Source of the DNA: an uncultured Thermodesulfobacteriota bacterium
GTDB lineage: Bacteria; Desulfobacterota; Anaeroferrophillalia; Anaeroferrophillales; Tharpellaceae
Length of the DNA: 55,247 bases
Direction of reading: 5' to 3'
Assembly (NCBI GenBank): GCA_964623985.1
Contig: CAZUXG010000003.1
Location: 1-55,247, forward strand
How positions within the stretch are numbered: position 1 is the first letter of the stretch; each line of letters opens with the position of its first letter. Below, piece after piece: positions 11,212-20,049 of this stretch. The position numbers and the translations under genes are program-made. A model generated the notes under the pieces. It saw nothing but the letters and a program-made list of their open reading frames with translations. It ran no database searches and was not told the DNA's origin.

Positions 11212-11240
11212 ACGGGAGTTGACAAGCTTCCGTTTTTTTC
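11212..11240 (+). terminator. Rho-independent terminator after atpC
   Basis: Stem ACGGGAG / CTTCCGT (one G-U pair), 8-nt loop, then TTTTTTT. Confidence 0.5.
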
Positions 11241-11344
11241 GTTTATGTGTTTAGCAATGAAGATTAACTCAAAGCAGTCTAAATATTTTTATTTTATTTA
11301 ACCGGTTTAGTCTCGACTAGTTCGGGTTAGGAGGAGGGCTTGTC

Positions 11345-12745
11345 ATGCAAAATCTAACTGCTATCGTTCTGGCTGCAGGGCGGGGCACTCGCATGTTGTC
11401 GGCGCGTCCTAAAGTACTTCATAAACTACTTGATGAGCCTCTCTTATCCTACCCTTTACGGGCTTTGGGTGAGCTCGGTATTAAAAGGCAGTTAGTGGTT
11501 GTTAGTGGTGATCAAGATGGCGATTTGGTGGCCAGCTCATTGGCCGCCTTTCCGGGGCTTGAGTGGCCTCGGCAGATTCAAGCCCGGGGGACTGCGGATG
11601 CGGTCACTAGCGCTCTCAAAATTTTGGACGGGGTTTCAGGAAGCGTCCTTATTCTCTGTGGCGATGTGCCTTTGTTAAGTAGGGCAACCTTGCAGCTTTT
11701 TCATCAAAAGCACCAACAAAGTAGATCACAACTGACAGTTCTTACCGCCGTTCTTGACGATGGTGGTAGCTATGGACGGGTTCTTTTGGATGACGGGGGG
11801 TTACCTGAGGCAATTGTCGAAGCCCAGGATGCGACTTTAGAGCAGCTTTCCGTTAAGCGTATTAACAGCGGAACCTATCTGGTTGATATTGATCTTTTAC
11901 GACGCGTTCTTGCAGCAACCGGTTGTGATAATGCTCAAGGTGAGTACTATTTAACCGATATAGTGGCTTTTGCGCGACGTGAAGGCGCACCGACGGCCAT
12001 CTTTGATATCTTGGACAACCGTGAGATACTGGGGATTAACACGCGTGGAGATCTGGTTGATCTGGAGAAAATTATGGCGTTAAGGCTTTGTCACCATTGG
12101 CTTGCTAAGGGGGTCACTGTGCGTCATCCTGAAACAGTCAGAATCGGTCCGCAGGTGATTCTTGGCCAGGATACCGAGATTGAGTCCGGTGTATCATTAA
12201 GTGGCCAAACTGAAATCGGAGTCGGTTGCTATATAAGGTCCGGGGCACTTATCAAAGATTCTAAAATTGGTGATCGTGTAGAGGTTAAACCTTATTCGGT
12301 TCTCGAAGATGCCATAGTTGAAGAAGACTCTCAAATCGGCCCCTTTGCTCGACTTCGACCTGGAACTGAGATCGGGGTCGGGGCTAAAATTGGTAACTTT
12401 GTCGAGACTAAAAAGGCGCGTTTTGGCAAAGGTGCTAAAGCTTCTCATTTGGCCTATATTGGTGACGCCGAGATTGGTGAACAAAGTAACTTAGGCGCCG
12501 GTACCATCACCTGTAACTATGACGGTTTTAATAAGTTCAAAACCGAGATTGGTCGGCGGGTTTTCGTCGGCAGTGATACACAGCTTGTGGCTCCCCTAAA
12601 ACTGGGTGACGATGTTCTGGTGGGGGCTGGTTCTACAGTCACTAAAGATGTTTCTGATAATGCTTTGGTGACGACCAGAACCCGGCAGAAAGCACTTGCC
12701 GGACGGGGGATGGCCTGGCGTCGACGATCTTTGGAGGAGAAGTAA
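11345..12745 (+). CDS. glmU: Bifunctional UDP-N-acetylglucosamine pyrophosphorylase / glucosamine-1-phosphate N-acetyltransferase
   Basis: 466 aa. N-terminal LAAGRGTRM nucleotidyltransferase motif and C-terminal left-handed beta-helix hexapeptide repeats. AGGAGGAGGG SD. Confidence 0.93.
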   Translation: MQNLTAIVLAAGRGTRMLSARPKVLHKLLDEPLLSYPLRALGELGIKRQLVVVSGDQDGDLVASSLAAFPGLEWPRQIQARGTADAVTSALKILDGVSGSVLILCGDVPLLSRATLQLFHQKHQQSRSQLTVLTAVLDDGGSYGRVLLDDGGLPEAIVEAQDATLEQLSVKRINSGTYLVDIDLLRRVLAATGCDNAQGEYYLTDIVAFARREGAPTAIFDILDNREILGINTRGDLVDLEKIMALRLCHHWLAKGVTVRHPETVRIGPQVILGQDTEIESGVSLSGQTEIGVGCYIRSGALIKDSKIGDRVEVKPYSVLEDAIVEEDSQIGPFARLRPGTEIGVGAKIGNFVETKKARFGKGAKASHLAYIGDAEIGEQSNLGAGTITCNYDGFNKFKTEIGRRVFVGSDTQLVAPLKLGDDVLVGAGSTVTKDVSDNALVTTRTRQKALAGRGMAWRRRSLEEK

Positions 12746-12746
12746 A

Positions 12747-14588
12747 ATGTGCGGAATCGTTGCTTATATGGGTCCGAAAAACGGAGTCCCGGTGGTCCTT
12801 GACGGATTACGAAAGCTTGAATATCGAGGTTATGACTCAGCTGGTTTGGCGATTCTCAGTGAGCATGGGATTGATATCCATCGTAGCGTTGGTAAATTGA
12901 TCGGTCTTGAGGAGAAGATCCTTAAAAAAAATCTCAGCGGGGCCCCGGTCATCGGCCATACCCGTTGGGCTACTCATGGCCGGCCGACTGAGGCTAATGC
13001 CCATCCTCATAAATATGAGGGAGTAGTGGTTGTTCACAACGGGATTGTTGAGAATTATCTAAATCTCCGTCAGGAGTTAATCGAGCTTGGTCATTCCTTT
13101 TCTTCCGAAACCGATACCGAAGTGATCAGTCATCTGATCGTCCGGGAGCTTGAAGACGGTGCCGACTTTGAGATGGCGGTCAGGCAGGCCCTGCTTAAGA
13201 TTCGGGGAACCTATGCTTTGGCCGTTCTCTACGAGAAGGAGCCTGGGAAAATGGTAGCGGCTCGGCAGAGCAGTCCCTTGGTGCTGGCTCTGGGAGAGAC
13301 TGCCGGTGAGTACTATGTCGCCTCAGATATCCCGGCTCTATTGGCCTGGTCACGGGAGGTAATCTTTCTTGATGATGGTGAACTGGTAATTTTTGATGAT
13401 CACAAGATGCGGGTTCTCGGTCTTGTCGATGGCGAGCAAAGGGAAAAAACGCCACGGCGCATCGTCTGGGATTCGATTATGGCCGAGAAAAGCGGTTATA
13501 AGCATTTCATGCTCAAAGAGATCTTTGAGCAGCCTGAGGCTGTCAGTAATACCCTGTTGGGCCGCTTAAATGAAGATCGTAGCGGGGTAGAACTATCGGA
13601 AATCGGTTTCAGTGAAGAACAGTGGCAAAGTTTTAAAGAGATCAAGATTGTTGCTTGCGGAACCTCATGGCATGCCGGGCTGGTGGCTAAATATTGGTTT
13701 GAAAGTCTGGCTCGGATTCCCGCTGAAGTCGATATCGCTTCAGAATTTCGTTATCGGGATCCTCTGGTTGGACCCGATACCCTGGTTATTGGTATCTCCC
13801 AGTCTGGAGAGACGGCTGACACTTTGGCGGCTTTGCAAGAGGCCAAGCGCCGTGGGGCCCGGTTGCTGGCAGTTTGTAATGTTATGGAGAGTAGTATCAC
13901 CAGGCTTTGTGACGGCGTTTTCTATACCCATGCCGGGCCTGAGATCGGGGTAGCCTCAACCAAAGCCTTTACGACTCAGTTGACGGCGCTTTTTCTGTTG
14001 GTTCTGGAGATGGCGGCCCGCCGGCAGGCTTTAAGTCCTGATGAGATCAGTCAGCAGGTAAAGGCTCTCCTGCATCTGCCCGTCGCTTTGGAGAAGGTTC
14101 TGGCCCGGGCTTCGGAACTTGAAAAGATGGCCCGCAAATATCATCATGTCAATGACTATCTCTATCTTGCCCGAGGGCTTAATTTTCCGATTGCTTTAGA
14201 AGGGGCTCTAAAACTCAAAGAGATCTCTTATATTCATGCTGAAGGCTACCCCGCTGGCGAGATGAAGCATGGTCCGATCGCTCTGATCGATGAGAATATG
14301 CCGGTTGTTGTTCTGGCCCCACCAGATCGTCATTTAGAAAAGATCGTCAGTAATTTTCAGGAGGTAGCGGCCCGGGAAGGGCGTTTGCTGCTCTTTTCCG
14401 GACCTGATCTGGAGGTCCCGGAAGAGGTTTCAGGGGTTGACCGTTTTGTGGTTGAGGTTGTGGGCGAGGAGCTTAACCCCCTGCTCTATGTTGTTCCCTT
14501 GCAGCTACTGGCCTACTACACCGCCGTTTTAAAGGGGACCGATGTCGATCAGCCCCGTAACCTGGCCAAGAGTGTGACGGTAGAATAA
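12747..14588 (+). CDS. glmS: Glutamine--fructose-6-phosphate aminotransferase
   Basis: Start reset to MCGIVAY (ATG 12747, 1 nt after the glmU stop). It has the Cys2 Ntn amidotransferase domain, two SIS domains and a C-terminal …PRNLAKSVTVE. Confidence 0.96.
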   Translation: MCGIVAYMGPKNGVPVVLDGLRKLEYRGYDSAGLAILSEHGIDIHRSVGKLIGLEEKILKKNLSGAPVIGHTRWATHGRPTEANAHPHKYEGVVVVHNGIVENYLNLRQELIELGHSFSSETDTEVISHLIVRELEDGADFEMAVRQALLKIRGTYALAVLYEKEPGKMVAARQSSPLVLALGETAGEYYVASDIPALLAWSREVIFLDDGELVIFDDHKMRVLGLVDGEQREKTPRRIVWDSIMAEKSGYKHFMLKEIFEQPEAVSNTLLGRLNEDRSGVELSEIGFSEEQWQSFKEIKIVACGTSWHAGLVAKYWFESLARIPAEVDIASEFRYRDPLVGPDTLVIGISQSGETADTLAALQEAKRRGARLLAVCNVMESSITRLCDGVFYTHAGPEIGVASTKAFTTQLTALFLLVLEMAARRQALSPDEISQQVKALLHLPVALEKVLARASELEKMARKYHHVNDYLYLARGLNFPIALEGALKLKEISYIHAEGYPAGEMKHGPIALIDENMPVVVLAPPDRHLEKIVSNFQEVAAREGRLLLFSGPDLEVPEEVSGVDRFVVEVVGEELNPLLYVVPLQLLAYYTAVLKGTDVDQPRNLAKSVTVE

Positions 14589-14595
14589 GATACTT

Positions 14596-16371
14596 ATGTT
14601 ATTTCGCAAAAAACTTTTAAACAAGATAGTTCATCTGAGAAAACGTTTCGGTGTATCAGAGAACTATTTCCTTATCTTTTTGGCTGTTCTAGTTGGTGTC
14701 CTGAGCGCTCTGGGTAACTGGGGCCTGCGTTTTGCGATTGAGTTTTTTCACGAATATATCTTTGTTGCCGGCTCTGGTCTGCTCGGCGTTGACCAAGGGG
14801 GCTGGAAATTTTATCTACTGCCGTTGCTGCCGATGTTCGGAGGCCTTCTCCTGATTCCTCTGGAGATGGCTTTTCCGGGTTATGTCTGTGGTTACGGGTT
14901 GCCCAATTTTCTCAAAACCGTCAATCTCGGCCATGGTCGTCTGGCGCGGCGCAATATCTGGCTCAAGATTGTTGCTCCGGCGATTACTATTGGTAGTGGT
15001 GGTTCAGCTGGTCAGGAGGGGCCGATCGCAACGATTGGTGGCGCCATCGGGCAGATGGTCGCCGGTTTCTTCTCCTTTAACCAGGCCCGGGTTCGTTTAC
15101 TGATCGCCTGCGGGGTCGCCGGCGGCATCGCTGCTACCTTTAATGCCCCGATTGCCGGAGTCTTCTTCGCTCTGGAAATAATCATGATGGGTGATATCGG
15201 TCTGGCTATTTTTACACCGGTGGTTATCTCGGCGGCGACCTCGGTGGTTTTTACCCGGCTTATTTTTGGTGAGGAGAGTTTGTTTGCAGCTCCGGCCTTT
15301 GTCTTGGGAAGTTTTCGAGAACTCTTTGTCTATATGGCGATGGGCTTGGTGATCGGGGTGTTGGCGGCTTTTTTTATCCGTTTTTTCTATTTCGTTCAGG
15401 ATCTTTTCACTAAACTGACTTTTCCCCGTTATCTGAAGCCGGCTCTCGGCGGCCTTTTAGTTGGTTTTATCGGGCTTTTCTTTCCCCAAGTGATGGGCGA
15501 TGTTTATGAACATATGGAGCATGTTTTTAATCATTCGTCGATCTGGTACATGGCCTTGGCCCTGGTTTTCATGAAGATCTTGGCAACTTCTATATGTCTG
15601 GGCTCAGGGGGTTCCGGTGGCCTTTTTGCACCGATCATGTTTATCGGTGTGATGATCGGTGAAAGTTGTGGCCTGATTGCCTGTCGATTGCTGCCGGAGG
15701 TGGTGTTTTCGGCTGATGGTTACGCGATTGTCGGTCTTGGGGCCTTTCTTTCAGCCGTGACCCATGCCCCCTTGACCGCCATTTTTCTGGCCTATGAATT
15801 GACCGGTAATTCAGAGATCATTCTGCCGGCCATGTTTGCGACTGTGGTCGGAATCATGGTGGCCCGCAGTATTGAACGTGAAGGGATCGATACCTTCGGC
15901 CTGGCTCGCGAGGGGATCCATCTTGAAGATGGTCGGGAGGTTAATCTGTTGCGTTCGATCAAGGTTGGCGAGGTTATGTTTCGTGGTTCTCTGGAGACCA
16001 TTCCGGAAACTATGAAGCTTAAATCACTCCTTCAGTTTTTGCCGAGATCTCATAAGACAACGTTCCCGGTGGTTGATGGCGAAGGTTTATTGAGTGGTAT
16101 TTTAAGTATTCAGGATCTCCGTGGATTGGTCTACGAGGAGGGGCTTGAAGATCTTATTGTCGCCAAGGAATTGGCTCGAAATAAGGTTTTGACGGTGACC
16201 GCCAAAGATAATCTTGATGACGCCATGCAGAAGATCGGTTCACGAAATATCGACTACCTGCCGGTGGTTGCCGATGATAATCCACATCGTTTGGTCGGTA
16301 TGGTTTCACGTCAGGATATTATCGCGGCTTACAATCGTAGTCTGCTGGAACGGGAACTCCCTGGACATTGA
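14596..16371 (+). CDS. ClC-family chloride channel / H+:Cl- antiporter with a C-terminal CBS pair
   Basis: 591 aa. ClC motifs GSGGSAGQEGP and GSGGSGGLFAP, then two CBS-like repeats in the last ~140 aa. Confidence 0.9.
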   Translation: MLFRKKLLNKIVHLRKRFGVSENYFLIFLAVLVGVLSALGNWGLRFAIEFFHEYIFVAGSGLLGVDQGGWKFYLLPLLPMFGGLLLIPLEMAFPGYVCGYGLPNFLKTVNLGHGRLARRNIWLKIVAPAITIGSGGSAGQEGPIATIGGAIGQMVAGFFSFNQARVRLLIACGVAGGIAATFNAPIAGVFFALEIIMMGDIGLAIFTPVVISAATSVVFTRLIFGEESLFAAPAFVLGSFRELFVYMAMGLVIGVLAAFFIRFFYFVQDLFTKLTFPRYLKPALGGLLVGFIGLFFPQVMGDVYEHMEHVFNHSSIWYMALALVFMKILATSICLGSGGSGGLFAPIMFIGVMIGESCGLIACRLLPEVVFSADGYAIVGLGAFLSAVTHAPLTAIFLAYELTGNSEIILPAMFATVVGIMVARSIEREGIDTFGLAREGIHLEDGREVNLLRSIKVGEVMFRGSLETIPETMKLKSLLQFLPRSHKTTFPVVDGEGLLSGILSIQDLRGLVYEEGLEDLIVAKELARNKVLTVTAKDNLDDAMQKIGSRNIDYLPVVADDNPHRLVGMVSRQDIIAAYNRSLLERELPGH

Positions 16372-16777
16372 GTGAACTGAATAAAAACCAAACACTTTAA
16401 GAATTATTATTAGTCAGTATAAACCTTGTAAACGATCACCTGCTAACTACATAATCTCCTGCCATCATTCTTACTTTACCATTCCCTCTTATACCTCTGG
16501 ACTCAAATTGACATGGACAGTTGCAACGAGATAATTTAAACCTAGTTCCCAATTTTAGACCGTCTAAAAGACCGGAATCGAAATTAATTACTTGTTTCAA
16601 TGCCGAATAATTTACGTTATAGTGGTGATCTAAAAAGTGGTGCCCTTCGTTTTGACGACAGTCCTTATTATACTTCAAAAGAGCTGCCGATCTACTCTAT
16701 TTCAATAGCCTACAATTTAACTGCAAGTCTATAGATTGGACCTTTCAAGACAACTGCTCAAGCATTAGGAGGATTCA

Positions 16778-16921
16778 ATGGCAGCCCATCAGTCGCTAGA
16801 AAGAATTTCCTGGATGCCCCACTCTATTGCATCAGGAGTCAAAATTAAACCACTAATTACTCAGAAAGAGCATGGTTTGGATGTGACCTGTATGTTGGTT
16901 GATATTCCGGCTTTTTTGTAA
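16778..16921 (+). CDS. 47-codon ORF with a strong SD, stop overlapping the asnB-like start. It resembles the N-terminal strands of a small cupin. It may be a gene remnant or a leader/micro-protein.
   Basis: Read by hand, below the ORF-track size cut-off. AGGAGGA lies 6 nt before ATG 16778. Translation: MAAHQSLERISWMPHSIASGVKIKPLITQKEHGLDVTCMLVDIPAFL. Its TAA overlaps ATG 16921 as TAATG. Confidence 0.35.
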   Translation: MAAHQSLERISWMPHSIASGVKIKPLITQKEHGLDVTCMLVDIPAFL

Positions 16922-18825
16922 TGTGTGGTGTTCACGGTATAATTTCAGCCCGCATGGAGGCTGGTGAAATTGGGCATAAATTGTCTTTGATGGGCTCAGT
17001 TCAGGCCCATCGCGGGCCGGATGATAAGCGTTGTGAGGTCTATGAGTGTGGTCGGCGGCGGGTTGGTTTTGGCTTTGTCAGACTCGCGATTCTTGATCTT
17101 GAAACCGGCATGCAGCCGGTACGTTCCGTGGTTGATCAGGCGGCTCTGATCTGCAATGGTCAACTCTATAATTACCTTGAGCTTAAGGATGGTTTTGATG
17201 ATGTTGAATGGTTGACGAAAGGCGATGCCGAGGTGGCTTTGCAGATGTTGCGGCGTTTTGGGATTGGGGCCGCACTGCAAGCTTTTAATGGTATGTATGC
17301 CGGGGCTTTTTTTGATCCCGTTAAGCGTCAAGTGGTTCTTTTTCGTGATCGTTTCGGGATCAAACCGCTTTACTATCGTGAACTTGACGGCGACCTTCTG
17401 TTTGCTTCCGAGATCAAGCCTCTGTTGCAGGTTGGAGGTGCTACGAGAATCAGAGACGAGGCCTTTCCGGCGCTTTTCACCTATCGCTATCTGCCGGGTG
17501 AAGAGACCGTTTTTGCTGGTATCAAGCGTCTGCCACCGGGCTCTTTTCTGATCTATGATCTGGTTGCCGGAACCTATAAAGTTGAGTCCTACTGGCAGAA
17601 CAGTTTTCTCCCGGAGTCTGAAAATAGTGAAAAAATCTCTCTTGCCGAAGCCGAGGAGAGGCTTTATGAACTATTTTGTGATGCCGTACGTTTGCGCTTG
17701 CGATCCGATGTTGAGGTTGGCAGCTTCTTAAGCGGTGGTATCGACTCTTGTGCCGTCGCGTCGGCCGCCGCCGAGAAACAACCGGAACTTTCACTGTTTA
17801 CGATCGCTTTTAATGATCCGGCATACAATGAGTTGCCTGATGTGCAAAATTTTCTTGCGGCTGCCGGAGCGCGTTTCAAAAAAGCGAAACACCATGTCGC
17901 TTTTTGTCAAAAGAGCATCTTGGCGGAACTTCCCGAGTTGGTGCGGGCTATCGAAGAACCGATTTTTCTTGGAGCGGTGCTGCCCACCGACCAGGTCTGT
18001 CGGATAGCCAGCCAGCGGGTGAAAACCGTGCTCACCGGTGAGGGGGCTGATGAGATCTTTGCTGGATACCGTAAATTTCTCATTGAAATGGCAGCGCTTG
18101 AATATGTCCAGTCAGATCGTACAGGTCGCCGGGAGCTTGAACTCAGTTATCCGGAGTTGAGAAATTATATCGAGCAGCGGGCTGCTGATCCTTTACAGCG
18201 CTATATCCAGAGTGAGGCTCTTTTCACAGAGCTTGAGTTGTCGCGTCTCTTAGGGTATAAACATGTAGATGTGCCCGATCTGCGAAAACTCAAGGCGGCA
18301 CCGCAACTTGATGGTCGTGAACATCCCTTGAATGCGGCTCTGGCGGTTGAAAGTCGTTGTCGATTACCCGATTACGTTATTTTGAGGCTTGATAAACTGT
18401 CGATGCGTCATTCGCTGGAGACGCGAACTCCGTTTTTAGACTATCGTTTGGCCGAGTTTGCCGCTCGTTTACCGGTTGAATATAAAATAGATCTTTCTCA
18501 GGGGCGGGAGAAGTATATCTGTCGACGTACATTTTCCCGTTACAAACTATTGGACGAACGTAGCGCCTGGCGTCGTAAACAGCCCTTTACGAGTCCTTTG
18601 GCAGCTTGGCTTGCCGATCGTAAGGCTTGGCCGGAGGTTGTCTCTGAGGCTTTGTCGGGTAGTATGATAAAGCGCCATGGGGTGCTTGCTCCCAAAATGG
18701 TTGAAGAGTTGATGGCGCAGGTTACAACCGTCGGGGTTGGTCCTGCGACCCTGGTTTCGGGAGCCGATCGTCTCTTTGCGGTGTTGGTCTTTACTTTGTG
18801 GTATGAGGAGTTTTGTTATGTCTGA
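16921..18825 (+). CDS. Asparagine synthase-family glutamine-hydrolysing amidotransferase (AsnB-like)
   Basis: 634 aa. N-terminal MCG (Cys2 Ntn nucleophile), PP-loop SFLSGGIDS, and the C-terminal AsnB-type domain. Confidence 0.85.
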   Translation: MCGVHGIISARMEAGEIGHKLSLMGSVQAHRGPDDKRCEVYECGRRRVGFGFVRLAILDLETGMQPVRSVVDQAALICNGQLYNYLELKDGFDDVEWLTKGDAEVALQMLRRFGIGAALQAFNGMYAGAFFDPVKRQVVLFRDRFGIKPLYYRELDGDLLFASEIKPLLQVGGATRIRDEAFPALFTYRYLPGEETVFAGIKRLPPGSFLIYDLVAGTYKVESYWQNSFLPESENSEKISLAEAEERLYELFCDAVRLRLRSDVEVGSFLSGGIDSCAVASAAAEKQPELSLFTIAFNDPAYNELPDVQNFLAAAGARFKKAKHHVAFCQKSILAELPELVRAIEEPIFLGAVLPTDQVCRIASQRVKTVLTGEGADEIFAGYRKFLIEMAALEYVQSDRTGRRELELSYPELRNYIEQRAADPLQRYIQSEALFTELELSRLLGYKHVDVPDLRKLKAAPQLDGREHPLNAALAVESRCRLPDYVILRLDKLSMRHSLETRTPFLDYRLAEFAARLPVEYKIDLSQGREKYICRRTFSRYKLLDERSAWRRKQPFTSPLAAWLADRKAWPEVVSEALSGSMIKRHGVLAPKMVEELMAQVTTVGVGPATLVSGADRLFAVLVFTLWYEEFCYV

Positions 18826-19747
18826 AAGTCATCATCCAGCGTTGTTTGATCTTGAAAAAGAGTATACTGAAAAACTTTTTGGAGAGCTTTCCCAGGCTCT
18901 GGTTCCCGGGCCTTTAACTTATGGTTTTGAATACGAGTTTTTGTCGTCTTCTAAGCTTATTCCGGCAACGCTTGAAAAGCTTATGAGAGCTTTGCCGGGT
19001 CTCGGTTTTCAACGCCAGCCAGACGGCAGTTTCAAGGCTCTTGACGGACTTCATGTTACTTTTGAGCCGGGTGGTCAACTGGAGTATGGTTCGCCTCCTC
19101 TTTTTGGCTCTGATGAGGAGGGGTTTGCCAACCTGTTAGATCATATTGCAGTTACCAATCAGGCAATTGAGGAGTCTTTCGGAGTGCGATACCTGGCCGT
19201 TGCTTATCGTTCAGGCCGGGCTTCGGCACCGCTTTGTATAGATAACCGGCGATACCATGATATGCACTCGTTGTTTACCGATAACGGCGGACGTGGTCGT
19301 GAGATGATGAAGGGTACGGCGTCGATCCATCTTCATGTACGGCTGCGCTCCTTAAATGAGATGGTGCCGCTTTTCCTGCTTTTCCAGAAACTTTCAAAGG
19401 ATCCCGATTTTGCCATGTCAGGCCCTCGCCGGGAGATCTGGAATGAGACCGAATCCAGCCGTTGCGGTCTTCCCGTAATTGGCAAAATAGAAAACGAAAT
19501 GATGTTGCTGGCTCACTTGGTTAAATATGCCCTGCAGGCTTTAGATTTGAATCGGCGTATTCCTTTCGCAGAGCTCAAAGAGCCGTCGTTTGCTGATTTC
19601 CTGAGCCATCTTACAACTATCTTTACTGATGTACGGCTTAATCTTAAAGGGCCGACTTTTGAATTGCGGACCATGGATAGTATGCCGGCTAAAGATTTCG
19701 TCACACGCTGGCGGCGTTTTGTTGTCGAAGTAGAAAAAACGCTTTAA
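18818..19747 (+). CDS. Short glutamate--cysteine ligase-like carboxylate-amine ligase (plant/EgtA-type GCL family)
   Basis: Start reset to MSESHHP (ATG 18818, GAGGAG SD, 8-nt ATGTCTGA overlap with the asnB-like stop). Motifs HVTFEPGGQLEYGSPP, MMKGTASIHLHV and FTDVRLNLKGPTFELRTMDS parallel the GCL motifs EPGGQxE, MMRxTxxxQVN and RLKxYLExRxxD. At ~309 aa it is shorter than canonical GCLs. Confidence 0.6.
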   Translation: MSESHHPALFDLEKEYTEKLFGELSQALVPGPLTYGFEYEFLSSSKLIPATLEKLMRALPGLGFQRQPDGSFKALDGLHVTFEPGGQLEYGSPPLFGSDEEGFANLLDHIAVTNQAIEESFGVRYLAVAYRSGRASAPLCIDNRRYHDMHSLFTDNGGRGREMMKGTASIHLHVRLRSLNEMVPLFLLFQKLSKDPDFAMSGPRREIWNETESSRCGLPVIGKIENEMMLLAHLVKYALQALDLNRRIPFAELKEPSFADFLSHLTTIFTDVRLNLKGPTFELRTMDSMPAKDFVTRWRRFVVEVEKTL

Positions 19748-19770
19748 AATTATTTTGTAGGGAGGATAAA

Positions 19771-20025
19771 ATGGTGGAAATTGTTGTCTACAGTACTCAG
19801 GTATGTCCTTACTGTGTTAAAGCCAAGCAGTTACTATCAGCCAAAGGGGCAACTTATAAGGAAATCGATATCAGTCGTGATCCGGTCCTGGTTGAAGAGG
19901 CCCAGATTCGCAGTGGAGGGCGTAAAACCGTACCTCAGATTTTTATCGGCGATTTTCATGTTGGCGGCTGTGATGAGCTTTATGCCCTTGACTCAGAAGG
20001 CAAGCTTGATGAATTGTTGAAGTAG
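19771..20025 (+). CDS. grxC: Glutaredoxin (Grx3-type, CPYC active site)
   Basis: 84 aa with CPYC, TVPQIFI and GGCDEL motifs. Confidence 0.9.
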   Translation: MVEIVVYSTQVCPYCVKAKQLLSAKGATYKEIDISRDPVLVEEAQIRSGGRKTVPQIFIGDFHVGGCDELYALDSEGKLDELLK

Positions 20026-20049
20026 TGAAAAATCTGTTAAGTTTCCGGC

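Noticed and set aside
12700-12750. glmS ribozyme upstream of glmS.
   Set aside because: glmS starts 1 nt after the glmU stop codon, so there is no room for a ~170-nt ribozyme.
16436-16678. 80-codon minus-strand ORF in the low-GC patch (…HHFLDHHY…CNCPCQ…).
   Set aside because: It has only a TTG start and no SD, there is no internal ATG until near the end, I recognised no family, and it lies in an AT-rich non-coding-looking region. It could be a gene remnant, but I cannot support a CDS call.
16778-18825. Lasso-peptide (RiPP) locus: a small ORF followed by an asparagine-synthetase homolog could be a precursor plus a lasso cyclase.
   Set aside because: No B-type cysteine protease, PqqD-like RRE or ABC exporter is present. 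The AsnB-like protein keeps the Cys2 glutaminase nucleophile, as in true amidotransferases. The 47-aa peptide looks like a cupin N-terminus and has no obvious leader/core organisation.
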